In this document: positions 38,095-51,771 of the stretch, in pieces
How the letters are laid out: the number at the start of each line of letters is the position of its first letter
How positions within the stretch are numbered: position 1 is the stretch's first letter
Assembly: GCF_001194135.2 (NCBI RefSeq)
Contig: NC_069005.1
Location: forward strand, 20,977,947-21,041,946
DNA from: Octopus bimaculoides
Lineage: Eukaryota
Reading direction: 5' to 3'
DNA length: 64,000 nucleotides
Notes under the pieces: generated by a model
Told to the model about the DNA's origin: nothing
Databases searched by the model: none
Seen by the model: the letters and a program-made list of their open reading frames with translations, nothing else
Program-made: the position numbers and the translations under genes

Positions 38095-41000
38095 NNNNNN
38101 NNNNNNNNNNNNNNNNNNNNNNNNNNNNNNNNNNNNNNNNNNNNNNNNNNNNNNNNNNNNNNNNNNNNNNNNNNNNNNNNNNNNNNNNNNNNNNNNNNNN
38201 NNNNNNNNNNNNNNNNNNNNNNNNNNNNNNNNNNNNNNNNNNNNNNNNNNNNNNNNNNNNNNNNNNNNNNNNNNNNNNNNNNNNNNNNNNNNNNNNNNNN
38301 NNNNNNNNNNNNNNNNNNNNNNNNNNNNNNNNNNNNNNNNNNNNNNNNNNNNNNNNNNNNNNNNNNNNNNNNNNNNNNNNNNNNNNNNNNNNNNNNNNNN
38401 NNNNNNNNNNNNNNNNNNNNNNNNNNNNNNNNNNNNNNNNNNNNNNNNNNNNNNNNNNNNNNNNNNNNNNNNNNNNNNNNNNNNNNNNNNNNNNNNNNNN
38501 NNNNNNNNNNNNNNNNNNNNNNNNNNNNNNNNNNNNNNNNNNNNNNNNNNNNNNNNNNNNNNNNNNNNNNNNNNNNNNNNNNNNNNNNNNNNNNNNNNNN
38601 NNNNNNNNNNNNNNNNNNNNNNNNNNNNNNNNNNNNNNNNNNNNNNNNNNNNNNNNNNNNNNNNNNNNNNNNNNNNNNNNNNNNNNNNNNNNNNNNNNNN
38701 NNNNNNNNNNNNNNNNNNNNNNNNNNNNNNNNNNNNNNNNNNNNNNNNNNNNNNNNNNNNNNNNNNNNNNNNNNNNNNNNNNNNNNNNNNNNNNNNNNNN
38801 NNNNNNNNNNNNNNNNNNNNNNNNNNNNNNNNNNNNNNNNNNNNNNNNNNNNNNNNNNNNNNNNNNNNNNNNNNNNNNNNNNNTATATATATATATATAT
38901 ATCCAAGAAAGTTAGGGGTTGTGAATCCAACCCACTAAGGGATAATATCTATCCAATATACTGCCGGAAGAATACCCACTTATTATGACACTGGTGTTTG
39001 TTTGCAGTACACCGGGCAGGCATTTTCTGGGCTGTTTGTTGTTCGATGGTATTGTTACCCTCGCTACTCCAGTATACTCTCATCCGATCCATGCAAGCAT
39101 GGAAAAGTGAACGTTAGAACTATATATATATGTGTGTGTGTGTGTGTGCGTGCGTAACATTGATGCAAGAAATAACTGTTTACATGCACCATAAGAACTA
39201 TAAATTCCATCGCCTAACATGATAGAAATAGTACGTGGTGCGAAAGTAAAGGATGTACATTACTTGAAAACTTAAAAGGGAAGACGTTTCGGTCTCAGTA
39301 CGGATACTTGATCATAGATGTTGTGTTGAGTCGGGGCTAACATGGTACTTTACACTAATAAATACCTAACAATACTTGGTTTTGTTCTCCAGCTGTAATG
39401 GGAAAAAAAATTCAGAATGACTACCAGTAATATACTGACTAAGGTTAAGTATCGACTCGGACTATTGCCGTTACTTTGTAGCCTGTGTGGCCAATAAATC
39501 ATAGATGACAGAATCAAGCTTTCAGTTGAGCCGTTCTAATTCCTTTAGGTCAACTCTCGACTTCTGTTACAAATGCGGTTGAGAAAAAGCAGGAAGTCAC
39601 TCAAGCATTATCCTATTGTAATTCGCTTAACCAGTTGAAAATAACAGCCAAATCTCATTCAAATTACACACTACGACCTTAAAAAAAACGACATGAAATA
39701 CGTCAGATAGTCACGACTGGAATGCTTTTGCTCACGTGTCAGTTTGAGCAGGGCTAACTTGGGGCTAAACAACAACTTGCTCGATCTGTTAGAAATCACA
39801 GCCGAATATTCCTTAAATTGATCCCCTACTCAGGTGTGTGACGAAAGATTTCCAGACAATGGGCATAGATAAAATAAGAACAATAATAAATGAGTGGAGA
39901 ACGAATATGTACAGCGTGTTTATTTGGCAAGAAAAGAAAATGACCATCTCGAAATATAACAATAATAATAAAGCTAAACTGAAGATCAAATAAATAGTGA
40001 GTGTTTAATTGGCAAAAAAATGACCATCCCCAAGTATAACAATATCTAGATTTTCTCATATTGAAAAGTAAGATTCTTGGGTCATTTTTTAAAAGGCATC
40101 CAAGGAGGATTGCTATTCTTCTGGACAGTCCCAAAGTATTGCAACGCTTTATGGGAAAACTAGTTCATATCTGACACAAGATCTTCAGAGCTGGGTGATG
40201 TGTTCTTACAGTGTCTGGTAGCTCACGCTAGAAACAAAATACATTCTTCAATTTTTCCTTTTGATTCTCTTCCTGACAGTCCAGTTCTGATGTAGCCCCT
40301 TCAGGTTGTCGTTGGATAGTTCTTTGCTCTTCAGCCAAATGATTTATGTCCTGTCCATTCACCTCAAGATCTATAGAACTAGAATAACGTACAGTTTCCT
40401 CCTCCAGTACAGGCTCGGGTTAAAACATTTCAAATTCTATTGAATAGACAACACGCCAGAATGCTCTCCAAGAAGAGTTCACACATTTCGAGCTCACCCC
40501 ATGACTTTCACTATTAAATGCACACCATCTGCAATGGTGAAGGGATTTTTTCCCCCATTTTTTTTTTTTGTTACATCAATAAAGTTTCTTCAAAGTAAAT
40601 CCTGTGTATAATTTTTTAAAAAGACACAATCACTTGCTGACCGATGGGCTGTTGCGGAGGAGGAGGCGGCGGTGGCAGGAAATGGAATTTTGTAAAATCC
40701 ATCTTCTCTGGTAGTTTGGTTCACGAAGCTGGACGGGTGTACAGGAACAAGAAGAGCCTTCATTGAGAGACTTTTCTCTTTGCGGTAGTCATGTACAGTG
40801 GGAGCAAACATGAATGAACCACACAGCAAACAAGCTCTTCGTAACTCGGGCCTGTTTTCTTCTTCTTTTTCTTTCTCCAAAAAGGCCTGTTTCACGGTTA
40901 AAAATCTGATGAGAACAGACTACTCCCTTTCGTAATTTTATAAAATTCTGCACGATATGTTCCTGCAGCGATTGGGTCTGAACTGCTTTCTTCCTGCCTT

Positions 41001-43449
41001 GCGACATTGAACATCAGGATGCTTGTTAAATAAATTTGATCCAGCTATTATTGATTTCAAACTTAACTGATTTTCCGTTAATGGTAACAGGAACATCTCT
41101 TTCAGGCCGTTCGTAAATAGACATAATTTTTTTTCACAAATGTATGAACCACTTAGCGAATCATTAAGCTAATTTTTTTTTCCTCATCATCCTTTAACGT
41201 CCGTTTTCCATGATGGCATAGGTCGGGCGGTTTGACCAGAGCGGACAAGCTGGAGAGCTGCACCAGGTTCCAGTCTGATATGGCTTGGTTTCTACTGCTA
41301 GATGCCCTTCCTAAAGCCAACACCTTTACAGCGTGCTGGGTGCTTTTAATGTGGCACCAGCACAGGGCTCTTGCAAATCAACACTCTTCATACCAAATCA
41401 TACTGTTTAAATTACGATGATGATATATATATATATATCTTCATTATCATCCTTTTTAATGTCCATTTTCCATGCTGGCAAGGGTTGGACAGTTTGACCG
41501 GAGGTGACAAGTCTGAGAGCTACACCAGGTTCCAGTCTGATTTGGCTTGGTTTCTGCGGTTAGATGCCGTTCCTAAGTTTGTGCTGGGTGCTTTTAATGT
41601 GGTACCAGCACGAGTGCTTTTATGTGGTACCCATCCACAATAATATTAGCTTTTGCCATTCCATCTGTGTGTGAGACATAAGAGCCTACGTATGCCTTTC
41701 CACACCGTTGCGCTTACACTTATTCTTTTTCTTTGAATTATATAAATTATATTTTTGATCAATTGATGTTTCAAAATTAGTTAACTTCTTCGAAATATGT
41801 TGGGGAATATTTTAATTTTAAGAAAAATAAATCTAGCACAACACTAATTTTTCTTTGAAAAATTCTGCTTCTGTTAATGAATGACAATGCATATTCGAAG
41901 TTACACATATGATTAACTGAAAGCCATGTGGTTGCTTTTTGTTTATTTCCATTTTCTCTTGATACAAGATAAAAGACTGTGAACAAGGGGAAGTAATTCA
42001 GTTTGACTGTGTAGCACCTTGGGCAGGTGTCTTCTACTATATGCCAACCAAAGCGTTGGAGGACAAACACAGACTCAAATTTGTTACTTTAGCTTTTCGT
42101 TAATTATTTAATTAATTCTGGAAATCGCTCGTAGTCATGGTAATATTATTCCTTGCTGAAGTAATGGAAAAGCATACGTTAACAAAGACTTTCGTAACCA
42201 GAGTCTTCATTTTGTGTGTGTGTATGTGTGTGTGTTTAAAACTGTCTTTCTGAGTTACTTCCCCTCCCTGTATGCTCTGACAATGTCGTCTGTTGGACTT
42301 TTGGCGTCTTTCAGATGAAGCAAAGCGATAAATAGATTTTCAAATACTGGAGTTAAAGGAGTTGTTTAGCTCTCTAGACCAGCATACAGTGGGACAAATC
42401 TATGATCAATAGCGTTCCAACTTAGACAATCCCGCACTACGCTGTGTCTAGTATGCCCTTTTCTGATTTAAAATAAGTGGTGTGTGTCGTGAAAGGAGTT
42501 GTAACAGTTGTGACGTTTTTGTAGGCGAGATTGATGTGGTTAATGTCCAGCTCCGACAGCTTTCAAGAACAAAGTGGACAGAAGTATAGTGCTTATCTGG
42601 TCCAAATGCGTGCAATAATGAACTCAATGACCAATTGTTGTTTAACCCCGAGTCAACACTGTGATCAAGCATATACATTGGTAAAACATTCTTCACCTTA
42701 CCATCATAAAATCAATGCATCTTTACATTTTTAAAACAGTTAAAAGTATGAAGGTGAGTAGATTTGGCTGTTATTTCTAGCAGGTTGACTTACCACAAAA
42801 TCACCTATTCCCTACCCACCAAACATGGGGATTTTTAAGGTTGTCTTTTATCTTTTACTTTTATTTGACTGCAGCCATGTTGGGATACTGCCATGAAGGG
42901 TTTTAGTCGAACGAATTGACACCCTGGACTTACTATTTTTTTAAAAGCTTGTTACTTGTTTATTGGTCTCTTTTGCCAAACTGCTAAGTTATAGCAACAT
43001 AAACACACCCACACCAGTTGTCAAGCAGCGTTGGAGGACAAACACAGACTCAAAAACTCTTTCTCTCTCTCTCTCACACACACATGATGGGCTTCTTTCA
43101 GTTTCCATCTACCAAACCCACTCACAAGGCTTTGGTTGGCATATAGTAGAAGACACCTGCCCCAGGTGCTACACAGTCAAACTGAACCTGGGACCATGTG
43201 GTAGGGAAGAAGGCTTCTTACCACACAGCCATGCCTGTGTATTTTGAAAACAGTAGTGTTGTATTGATTATAGGTTTACAAATTAGCTACATTAGTTTGT
43301 GATGGCAGAAGTGGTTAGACAGTGTCAGTGAAGCTTGAACAGAATTACTATTATTCAAGGTACTTTTGTAGGAAGCATAAATTTATTAGTTTATCTTACA
43401 AATAGTAATAGGATCATCATCAGCAGCAGCAGCAATAACAACAACAACA

Positions 43450-44165
43450 ATACTTTTTACTGAAGGTACAAGGCCTGAAATTTCAGGGGATGGGGATAGT
43501 TGACCACATCGACCCCAGTATTCAACTGGTACTTATTTTATCAACCCCGAAAGGATGAAAAGCAAAGTTGACCCTGGCAGAATTTGAACTCAGAATGTAA
43601 GGATAGATAAAATGCCACTAAATATTTGCCTGATGTGCTAATGGTTTTGTCAGCTCGCCATCTTGATGATGAGGAGGATAATAATAATAATGATAATCCC
43701 TTCTATTATAGGCACGAGGCCTGAAATTTGTGGGGAGGGGGTAAGTTGATTACATCGACCGCAGTGCATAACTGGTACTTATTTAATCAAAAGAATGAAA
43801 AGCAAAGTTAACCTCAGTGGAATTTGAACTCAGAACGTAGCAGCTGACGAAATACCACTAAGCATTTCACCCGGTGTGCTAATGATTCTGCCAGCTCACT
43901 GCCTAAATAATAATAATAATAATAATAATTAATAATAATTGTGGTTTCAAATTTAGCCACAAAGGCAGCAATTTTGGGGAGGGGATGAGTTGATTACATC
44001 GACCCCAATGTTCAACTGGTACTTATTTTATCAACCTTGAAAGGATGAAAGGCAGAGTTGACCTCGGTGGAATTTGAACTTAGAATGTAAAGATGGACGA
44101 AGTGCTGCTAAGCATTTTGCCCAGTGTGCCAATGATTCTGCCAGCTCACCACCTTAATAATACTG

Positions 44166-44198
<33 letters not shown>

Positions 44199-44430
44199 GT
44201 GAAAATAATAATTCTTTCTAATTTTGGCACAAGACCAGCAATGTCAAGAGGAAAGGATTAATTGATTACATCAACCCTAGTACTCAGTTGACATTTATTT
44301 TATCAACCCTGGAAGGATGCAAAGTAAAGTCAGCCTTGGTGGAATTTGAACTCAGAACTGAAAAGCACCGAAAGGACACACTGCTAAGCATTGTGTTGAA
44401 CATGGTAACAATTCTGCCGGCTTGCTGCCT
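43450..44430 (-). mobile_element. Four head-to-tail copies of SINE family B separated by (AAT)n
   Basis: Reverse complement of the family B consensus, four times. Single copies also at 10400-10745, 26755-26975, 35168-35398, 37090-37335 and 50205-50425. Confidence 0.9.
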
Positions 44431-46129
44431 TCAGAAAAAAAATATATATATGAATAAATAACAATGAACAGAAAGAAAAAAAAATGAAAATAGTAATAGT
44501 GAATGTTAAGAGATGAATAAAAGAACTACAATAAGATTAAGAAAGTGGAGATAATTGCTGAAGTGATGAAAGTGGGGGGAAAATAATTGACAAAGAAATG
44601 CAGGGTTAATATACTTTGTTGATATGTTAAGATATGGATTAGATAGCAGTAATTACTGGTGGGTGAGGACCACTTTGTAAAGAAGTGCCGATCTCTAACT
44701 GTGGAGGAAACCTGTGGAAGAGGTAGACCCAGGAAGACATGGGATGAGGTGGTGAAGCATGATTTTCAGATGTTGAGTCTCATGGAGGCAGTGACAAGTG
44801 ATTAAGAACTTTGGCAATTTGCTGTGCTTGAGAAGACATGTCAAGCCAAGTGAAATTATAGTCGTGGCCAGTGGTTGGCATTAGGAAAAGCATCCAGCCA
44901 TAGAAACCCTGCCAAATCAGACAGGAGCCTGGTAGAGCTAGCAGGCTTAAAAGTCCCAGTCAAACCATCTAACCCATGCCAGCATGGAAAACAGATGCTA
45001 AATGATGATGATGTTGATATGGCAAAAATTGATCATCAGACTAACATCTCAGTGTTATCTTGTTCGTTCAAGTGTGTATACACCATAATGGTCACTTGGC
45101 GTCATTTTCAGTGAACTAGAGAAGAAAACATTGAGGGACATTGAGTGATCCCTGTCAATAACAATTGTATTGATAACCAACAACCACTTTACTGGGTACT
45201 TTTTTGCAGTACCCTCACTAATGAGGTCATCTAACTTGTGAGACTGAAAAACCCCTCTTAACTAAGTGGGAGCATAGTAGAGAGGCTGAGTGCTTTATGC
45301 AAGGTCTTTGAGAGATTGAAGGTTAGTGTGAAGAGTAAGAACAGGTTTACTGTATGTGGAGGAATGGATACTGTGTATTTTATATGGCTGGATAGGGGTA
45401 GGTTAGGGTAGGGTTCAAACGGAGGCAAATATGATGATGACAAGGTGCTAGAATGCACCTTCATGGTAATATGTCTGAGAGATGTATACAAGGGAGCATG
45501 GATATAGAAGAACAATCCTTTAGCATTTAAACTGGCCTAAATATTCTACTTGTTTTATGTTCATATTGGCCAGAACCAGCCTTCTACACTTACCTTGCAA
45601 TGTCATTCTAAAAATAAGCAATTACATCATCAAAATCTCAAAGCTGTGAGGTAATGTAGGATTGATTTAAAATAATGTGAATAAACATTACATTTGAGAG
45701 AGTAATCTGAATGCTAAAGGGACAAGAAAAGGTGGTCGGGTAATGTATATAAGGGATGAATGAGATGAGCACAGAGGATGTTGAACAGGGATGGGGAGGT
45801 CGGCATGAGTTGATGACTAGCAGTAGAGAGATGGCAGTATGGCATATAATGAGGTTCTGCTTTAATTTCTTATACCAGTAGATAGGAGAGTGATGGAGGG
45901 ATGGGTGCATAGGGTGGTGGTGGTGGTGGGGTGTGGAGTTGGAGGTTGCAAGTGGGGGAAAGTGAGAAACAAATTCCAACAAGAGTGGGAGGGAGGCATT
46001 GATGGTAAGAATGAGGAGTGCATATCAATAAGAAGTAGCTTAGGAGAAGGGTGGGTCTAGTTGTCTGGGAAAGGTACTCAGTTGTGCGCTAGGCTTTGAA
46101 AACAGTCATAATATGCTAGTAGGGCTGAG

Positions 46130-46355
46130 TGAGTCTTCTTGAGTACTACGTATCACTAATCATCACAGTCCTTTGTCATATCTTCCATGAGGCTCAGTAA
46201 CCTGAGCTCAGCCTGCACCCTCTCAGCCCATGTCTCTCTTTTCCATAGGTTCTATCGACTGTGAGTGTTCAGTAATTCTATACACAACTGTTCTCATTCA
46301 TATGCATCATATGTCCAAACTAGTGCAGTTGTCTCTTTTGCACACTGCATCTGAT
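46130..46355 (-). mobile_element. RTE LINE ORF C-terminal fragment
   Basis: RIRCSVQKRQL..FGHMMHMNENSCV...TWAERVQAELRLLSL, the same family as 17381. Confidence 0.75.
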
Positions 46356-46921
46356 TCGTCTTACTCTGTACAGTGATTGGCGTTAGGAAGGGCATCCAGC
46401 TGTAGAAACCAAGCCAAATCAGACTGGAACCTAGTGCAGCTCTTCTACTTGCCAGCTCTGGGTAACCGTCCAACCCATGCCAGCATAGAAAACAGACATT
46501 AAAGGATGATGATGATGTGCATTTGTTTTGTTTCTTTTACGTTTTTTCCATGCTAGCAGGGGTTAAGCTAATATTGTATTAAGGCATTGTTTTACAGCTG
46601 TTTTTCAAGTAAAGGCTATTTCATTCCATTGTTCTTTGAAGGAACAAAGCCAGCATATGACCCATTGGAAGAGGGTCCATAGCTGAAGGACTTTTCTGAC
46701 GTGCAGATGTAAACAAACACACATATGTACATGCATTCACACACAGTGTAGTTGCATAGTTAAGAAGCTCACTGCCGAACCATGTGGTCTTAGGATCAGT
46801 CCTATTGCATTGCACTTTGGGCGAACGTCCTCTACAATGGCCCTGGCACAACCAAAACTTTGTGAGTGGATTTGGTAGATAGAAACTAAAAAGGCTGGTT
46901 GTCTGCATATGTGTGTGAAAG

Positions 46922-47248
46922 CATGTGGCTTAGTGATTAGGGTATTTGGCATATGATCATAAGGTTGTGAGTTCAATACCAGGTGGTGCATTGTGTTCTT
47001 GAGCAAGATACTTTATTTCTTGTTGCTCCAGTCTACTCAGCTGGTAAAAATGAGTGGTACCTGTAATTCAAAGGGCCAGCCTTGTCACATTCTGTGTCAT
47101 GCTGAATCTCCATGAGAACTACATTAAAGAGTAAAGAGTACACATGTCTGTGGAATGCTCAGCCACTTGCGCATTAATTTCATGAGCAGGCTGTTCTGTT
47201 GATCAGGTCAATTGGAAGCCTTGTCATTGTAACTGACAGAGTCCCAGT

Positions 47249-47250
<2 letters not shown>
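46922..47250 (+). mobile_element. tRNA-derived SINE with a CORE-like central domain (family D)
   Basis: A box TGGCTTAGTGAT and B box GTTCAATACC. Central CTTGAGCAAGATACTT...CTACTCAGCTGGTAAAAATGAGT is CORE-like. Confidence 0.75.
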
Positions 47251-47281
<31 letters not shown>

Positions 47282-47934
47282 CCCTGTCCTTGTCTTGGCA
47301 TTGCATGATAATTGTGAGTGAGTGTCGTTTTCATAGAAGCAGGGTCATCNNNNNNNNNNTCCATGCCTGCATAAGTTGGACAGTTTGACAGAAGCTAGCC
47401 AGCTTGACAGAGCTGTCCATACTCCATGTCTGTTTTGGCATGGCTTCTATAGCTGGATGCCCTTCCTAATGCCAACCACTTTACAAAGTGTACTAAGTGC
47501 TTTTACATAGCACCAGTATGGGTGCTTTTTATATAGCACCAGCACTTACAATCCTGCAGTATTAATGATGCTCAAGTGGAGAGGGATGTAAGGGACAATC
47601 ATAATTTTACTTAGTTTGACGTGTCTTTTCAAGCACAGCAAACTGCCAGGAGTCTTGGTCCCCTGTTTTCCTCTCTGTGAATCCCAGTGTTTGTAGATCC
47701 TTTCTCACCACTTCGATATTCTGTGGAAACATGCCTGGCCATGAGAAGATATTACCTTGCTTGGAAACTGATGAGGATTGATGACAGGAAGAGTATATGG
47801 ATGTTGAAGATTTGCTGCAGTGAATTCCATCAAACCGATGCAAGCATGGAAAAGTGGGTCTTAAAATGATAGTGTTGGTATATTCATTTGTTTCAGTTTT
47901 ATGTTTTTTCATGTTTAGATGGGTTGGCCTGCCA

Positions 47935-48178
47935 GATCTTTACCCTTTGAATGGCAGTAATTTTATTCAGCTGAATACACGTCATTGATTGGTTGAAATT
48001 ACCAAAATACGACTACTTTGACACGAAATAATTTTGAAAATATAAACTTTTCTCAACAACACTAAGAGTAAAAGATGTTTTATATGACACATTCTACCAG
48101 TGTCCGAAGTTTGAAAGTGTTTAGTTACAAAAAATTAATTTTTTGATTAAAATTACTGCCGTTCAAAGGGTAAAGATC
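47935..48178. mobile_element. MITE with ~35-bp TIRs
   Basis: GATCTTTACCCTTTGAATGGCAGTAATTTTATTCA ... TGATTAAAATTACTGCCGTTCAAAGGGTAAAGATC. Confidence 0.85.
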
Positions 48179-50989
48179 CTAATGCCTAATGGAAAACTAC
48201 CTTCAAGGTTTTTAGTAGTGCAGCCCACCTGATAAAAAGCTTGCCCATGCCTTGGTTTTTATTTTTTTACTTGTTTCAGTCATTTGACTGCGGCCATGCT
48301 GGAGTACTGCTTTAAAGGGTTTTTTAGTCGAAGAAATTGACCCCAGGACTTATTCTTTGTAAGCCTAGTACTTATTCTATCAGTCTCTTTTGCCGAACTA
48401 TATTACAGGGACATAAACACACCAACATCAGTTGTCAAACGATGGTGGGGGGACAAACGACACACACACACATACACACATATATATATATACATACATA
48501 CATATACATGGTGGGCTTCTTTCAGTTTCAGTCTACCAAATCCACTCACAAGGCTTTGGTGAGGCAAGGCTATAGTAGAAGACACTTGTCCAAGGTGCCA
48601 TGCAGTGGGACTGAACCTGGAACTATGTGGTTAGGAAGCAAGCTTCTCACCACACAGCCATTCTGCGCATTTAACTAATATAATATTGAGACGTTTTACA
48701 GCTGTTTAAAAAAAAAATAAATGAATAAAATGTTTTATTTCTTACGTCTTGGAAGGCAGAAAGCAGATGACAGAGGAAATGATTGTCATTGCCTGCAGCT
48801 GAACAAATACGCGCGTGCACACACACAGTGTGGTATATATTTATATATCTTTTATTTTTTTTACTTGTTTCAGTCATTGGACAGCGGCCATGCTTGGGCA
48901 CCACCTTGAAGGGTTTTTTAGCTAACCGAATCGAATCCAGTACTTTTTTTAAAAACTTGGTACTTCAAATCGCCAAGTCACGGGGGCATAAACAAACTAA
49001 CACAAGTTGTCAAGCGGTGGTGAGAGACAGACACAAAGATACACACATAGATATATATATAAATGTATATATACGGCAGCCTTCTTTCAGTTTCCGTCTG
49101 CCGAATAGAGCTCTGGTCGGTCTTGGGTAGGGGTTATAATAGAAGACACTTTCCCAAGGTGCCACGCAGTGGGACTGAACCCGGATCCATGTAGTTGGGA
49201 AGCAAATCTTTTATCACACATCCAATTTTTATACACACACACCGTTATACATGCATGCATACATATTCATACATATAAAACATTCCACGTACGCGCTTTT
49301 TATGACCTGGAAAATCTTGGCTATCGATATAAGATCTGGCTCCTGCTGACTAAATACATATCTTTACTCTCTGCTAGCATTCTTCTTATTTTCTAACCTC
49401 TTGTATGTATGCGAGTGTGTTTACAACACCTTTCTTTAAATACATATTTACATACATAATACAAAAGGGATGTAACTCAATAGGCGAACTCTTCCATTCC
49501 ATAAATAGTTGAGATGATATAAATAAAAGAAATCCCCCCCCCCTCGAAGANNNNNNNNNNAAGAAATCCCCCCCCCCTCGAAGACAATGCCCTAGCAAAC
49601 GAGAGCCCAATGAATGAAAGCAGTAAAATATTATAAGCAATGTAGTTATGTATGTGATATGCAACGTCAATTAAAGCGTTAGCCTTAGTGTTTACCAAGG
49701 GTCCCGTTGTCTGATATTCACCGCCTTCCGCATTCATGGAGTTTTGTGATATTAATCGTAATATCAGCAGCGATTAAACAAACGTCAACTTAATATATAA
49801 AGTTCTCGTTTTATATTGTATAACTTATATTTATTGTGATACATAACGATGCTGTAATAATTACTCTAACGAATTTTATCTATGCCAGCGATAGTATAAA
49901 CGTTAACAGATATATATATCGATAGATAGATAGATATTGTGCCTGTGTTACAATAGTAAATGTTATAAAAACTTTAGTTCTTCCCCTGTCGGTCAAAAAT
50001 AAAGTGAGTTTGAAATATTTCTACAATTGCGTTGTAAAACTAAATGTCTTGCGCTACGATTTATTTTTAGCATTGTACTTGACGTTTTGAGTTCAAATGC
50101 TGGCGAAGTCAACTTAACCTTTTTCATCTTTCATCCTCCTGTGGTCGATCTAATCGACTATATCCTTGAAACCTAAAATCTATCTCTTGTAGTAATTATT
50201 ATTATTGGCGAGCTGGCAGAATCGTCGGCACGACGGACAAAATGCTTAACAGCATTTCGTCCGGGTCTTGAACGTTCTGAGTTCAAATTCCGCCTAGATC
50301 TGCCTTTCATCCTTTTCGGGGTCGATAAAATAAGTATCAGTCAAATATTAGGTCGATGTAATCTACTGGTCCCTCTCTCCAAACTTTTCAGGCCTTGTAC
50401 CTAAAGTAGAAAGGATTATTATCATTAAATCGACATACCCTTCCTCTGAACTTGCCGGCTTGGTGCCAAAATTTGAAACCACCATTATTATTATGACAAC
50501 TAGATTCTCTGTGTATGCCTGCTGTTTTTGTAATCGGTCCCTGTATTATTCCTTTGTGGCAAAAAGATGGACAAAAACAATCATTATAACTCAAATTTTA
50601 AAATAGTAACGAATGACACGTGTTCAGATTCGAACCCTGGAAGGCAAATTTAGAAAACGATGATGAAAAAAGATGGAAATCAAAATTATGTAGTAACCCT
50701 TGATGTGTTTTCTTTGCGGTATATTTCTTAAAGCTTATACATAAACATATAATAAGTTATATTTTGAACACTTTGTTAGTTTTGTATATAACGTAATGTA
50801 CGTTGTAGTATAAAACTAGGACTTAGTTGTGTTTTTAATATTTCACACACTCATATGATGCGCGTGTGTGTGTGTGTGTGTATATATATATATGTAGCTT
50901 GCCCTGGATACTGTTTGCTCCGTATCTGTTGGTTAACTTTCGATACCATTGTTCTGTCGTCTTTAAAATTTTGTTCTTTGTTTAAATAA

Positions 50990-51771
50990 AACAATTATTA
51001 AAGTGGGGAGTGTATGGAGAGACAAAGGGGAGAGAGAGAGGGAGGCACACGCCACACAACGCGAGGTATGTATGTATACCCACCCTTACAACAGTCTGTG
51101 ACATTATAAGGTGGGAAGGAAGGCTGAGGGAAGCGGCTGATGGTGAGGAGAGGACTTTGCCAGGTCTGTGATACAATAACAGGAAGTAGAAAGGAAAAAA
51201 AAGAAGCTGTACTAAGCAAATTAGAATAGGAGGATAAGGTAGTTGTTTGTGGAGGATGAAGTTGGCGTAGTTGGCGAAGAAAAATAATTTGTCAGATTTA
51301 CCTCCCCTTGATTTGTAAACCTCACTTCTGTAAATTCTGTATTAATAAAGCACTGCCTTCTTCACTCTGTTTCTCCTGTGTAGGTCATTAGATTGGTCTC
51401 GGAACACTACTATTACCAGTAATTGATCTATCAAGACATTCGAATGACCGAAAGGCCTATCAAAGAGTTCTTATTTTTAGTTCGTCATTTAGTTTAGATT
51501 ACTTTTTCACCTAATTACTTTGCTGTCGTCGTCAGCCTTTCTGCTGGCCATGGTGCTTGTATTTCCGCCGACCACGCTCGGCAATGTTCGGGTTACCTCG
51601 GAAATACATTGTCAACACAAAGATGGAAGCCGAACATGGTATGTAGTGAAGGCTGACCTTATCTCTTCATCTCTTCATTCTTGAAATACTAAAGCAACCA
51701 GCCACGCCGACCTCTAACTAAGCGATTATTAACGTTTGTTAGATGAGTGAGGGAAAGTCTACAGTGCAAAA
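50990..51771 (+). promoter_or_regulatory. Probable 5' UTR of the PTPN14/21 gene with a candidate UTR intron (51066-51383)
   Basis: CpG-retaining region with donor gag|GTATGT at 51066 and acceptor ctctgtttctcctgtgtag at 51383. Several upstream ATGs follow the acceptor. Confidence 0.45.

Noticed and set aside
42121-42215. LFLAEVMEKHTL, resembling ELP4 YFLAEG...HTL
   Set aside because: No upstream AG acceptor, the Gly is missing, and flanking residues do not match.
45100-45260. Possible CR1/L2 reverse transcriptase fragment on the minus strand
   Set aside because: Similarity is too weak to support without a search.
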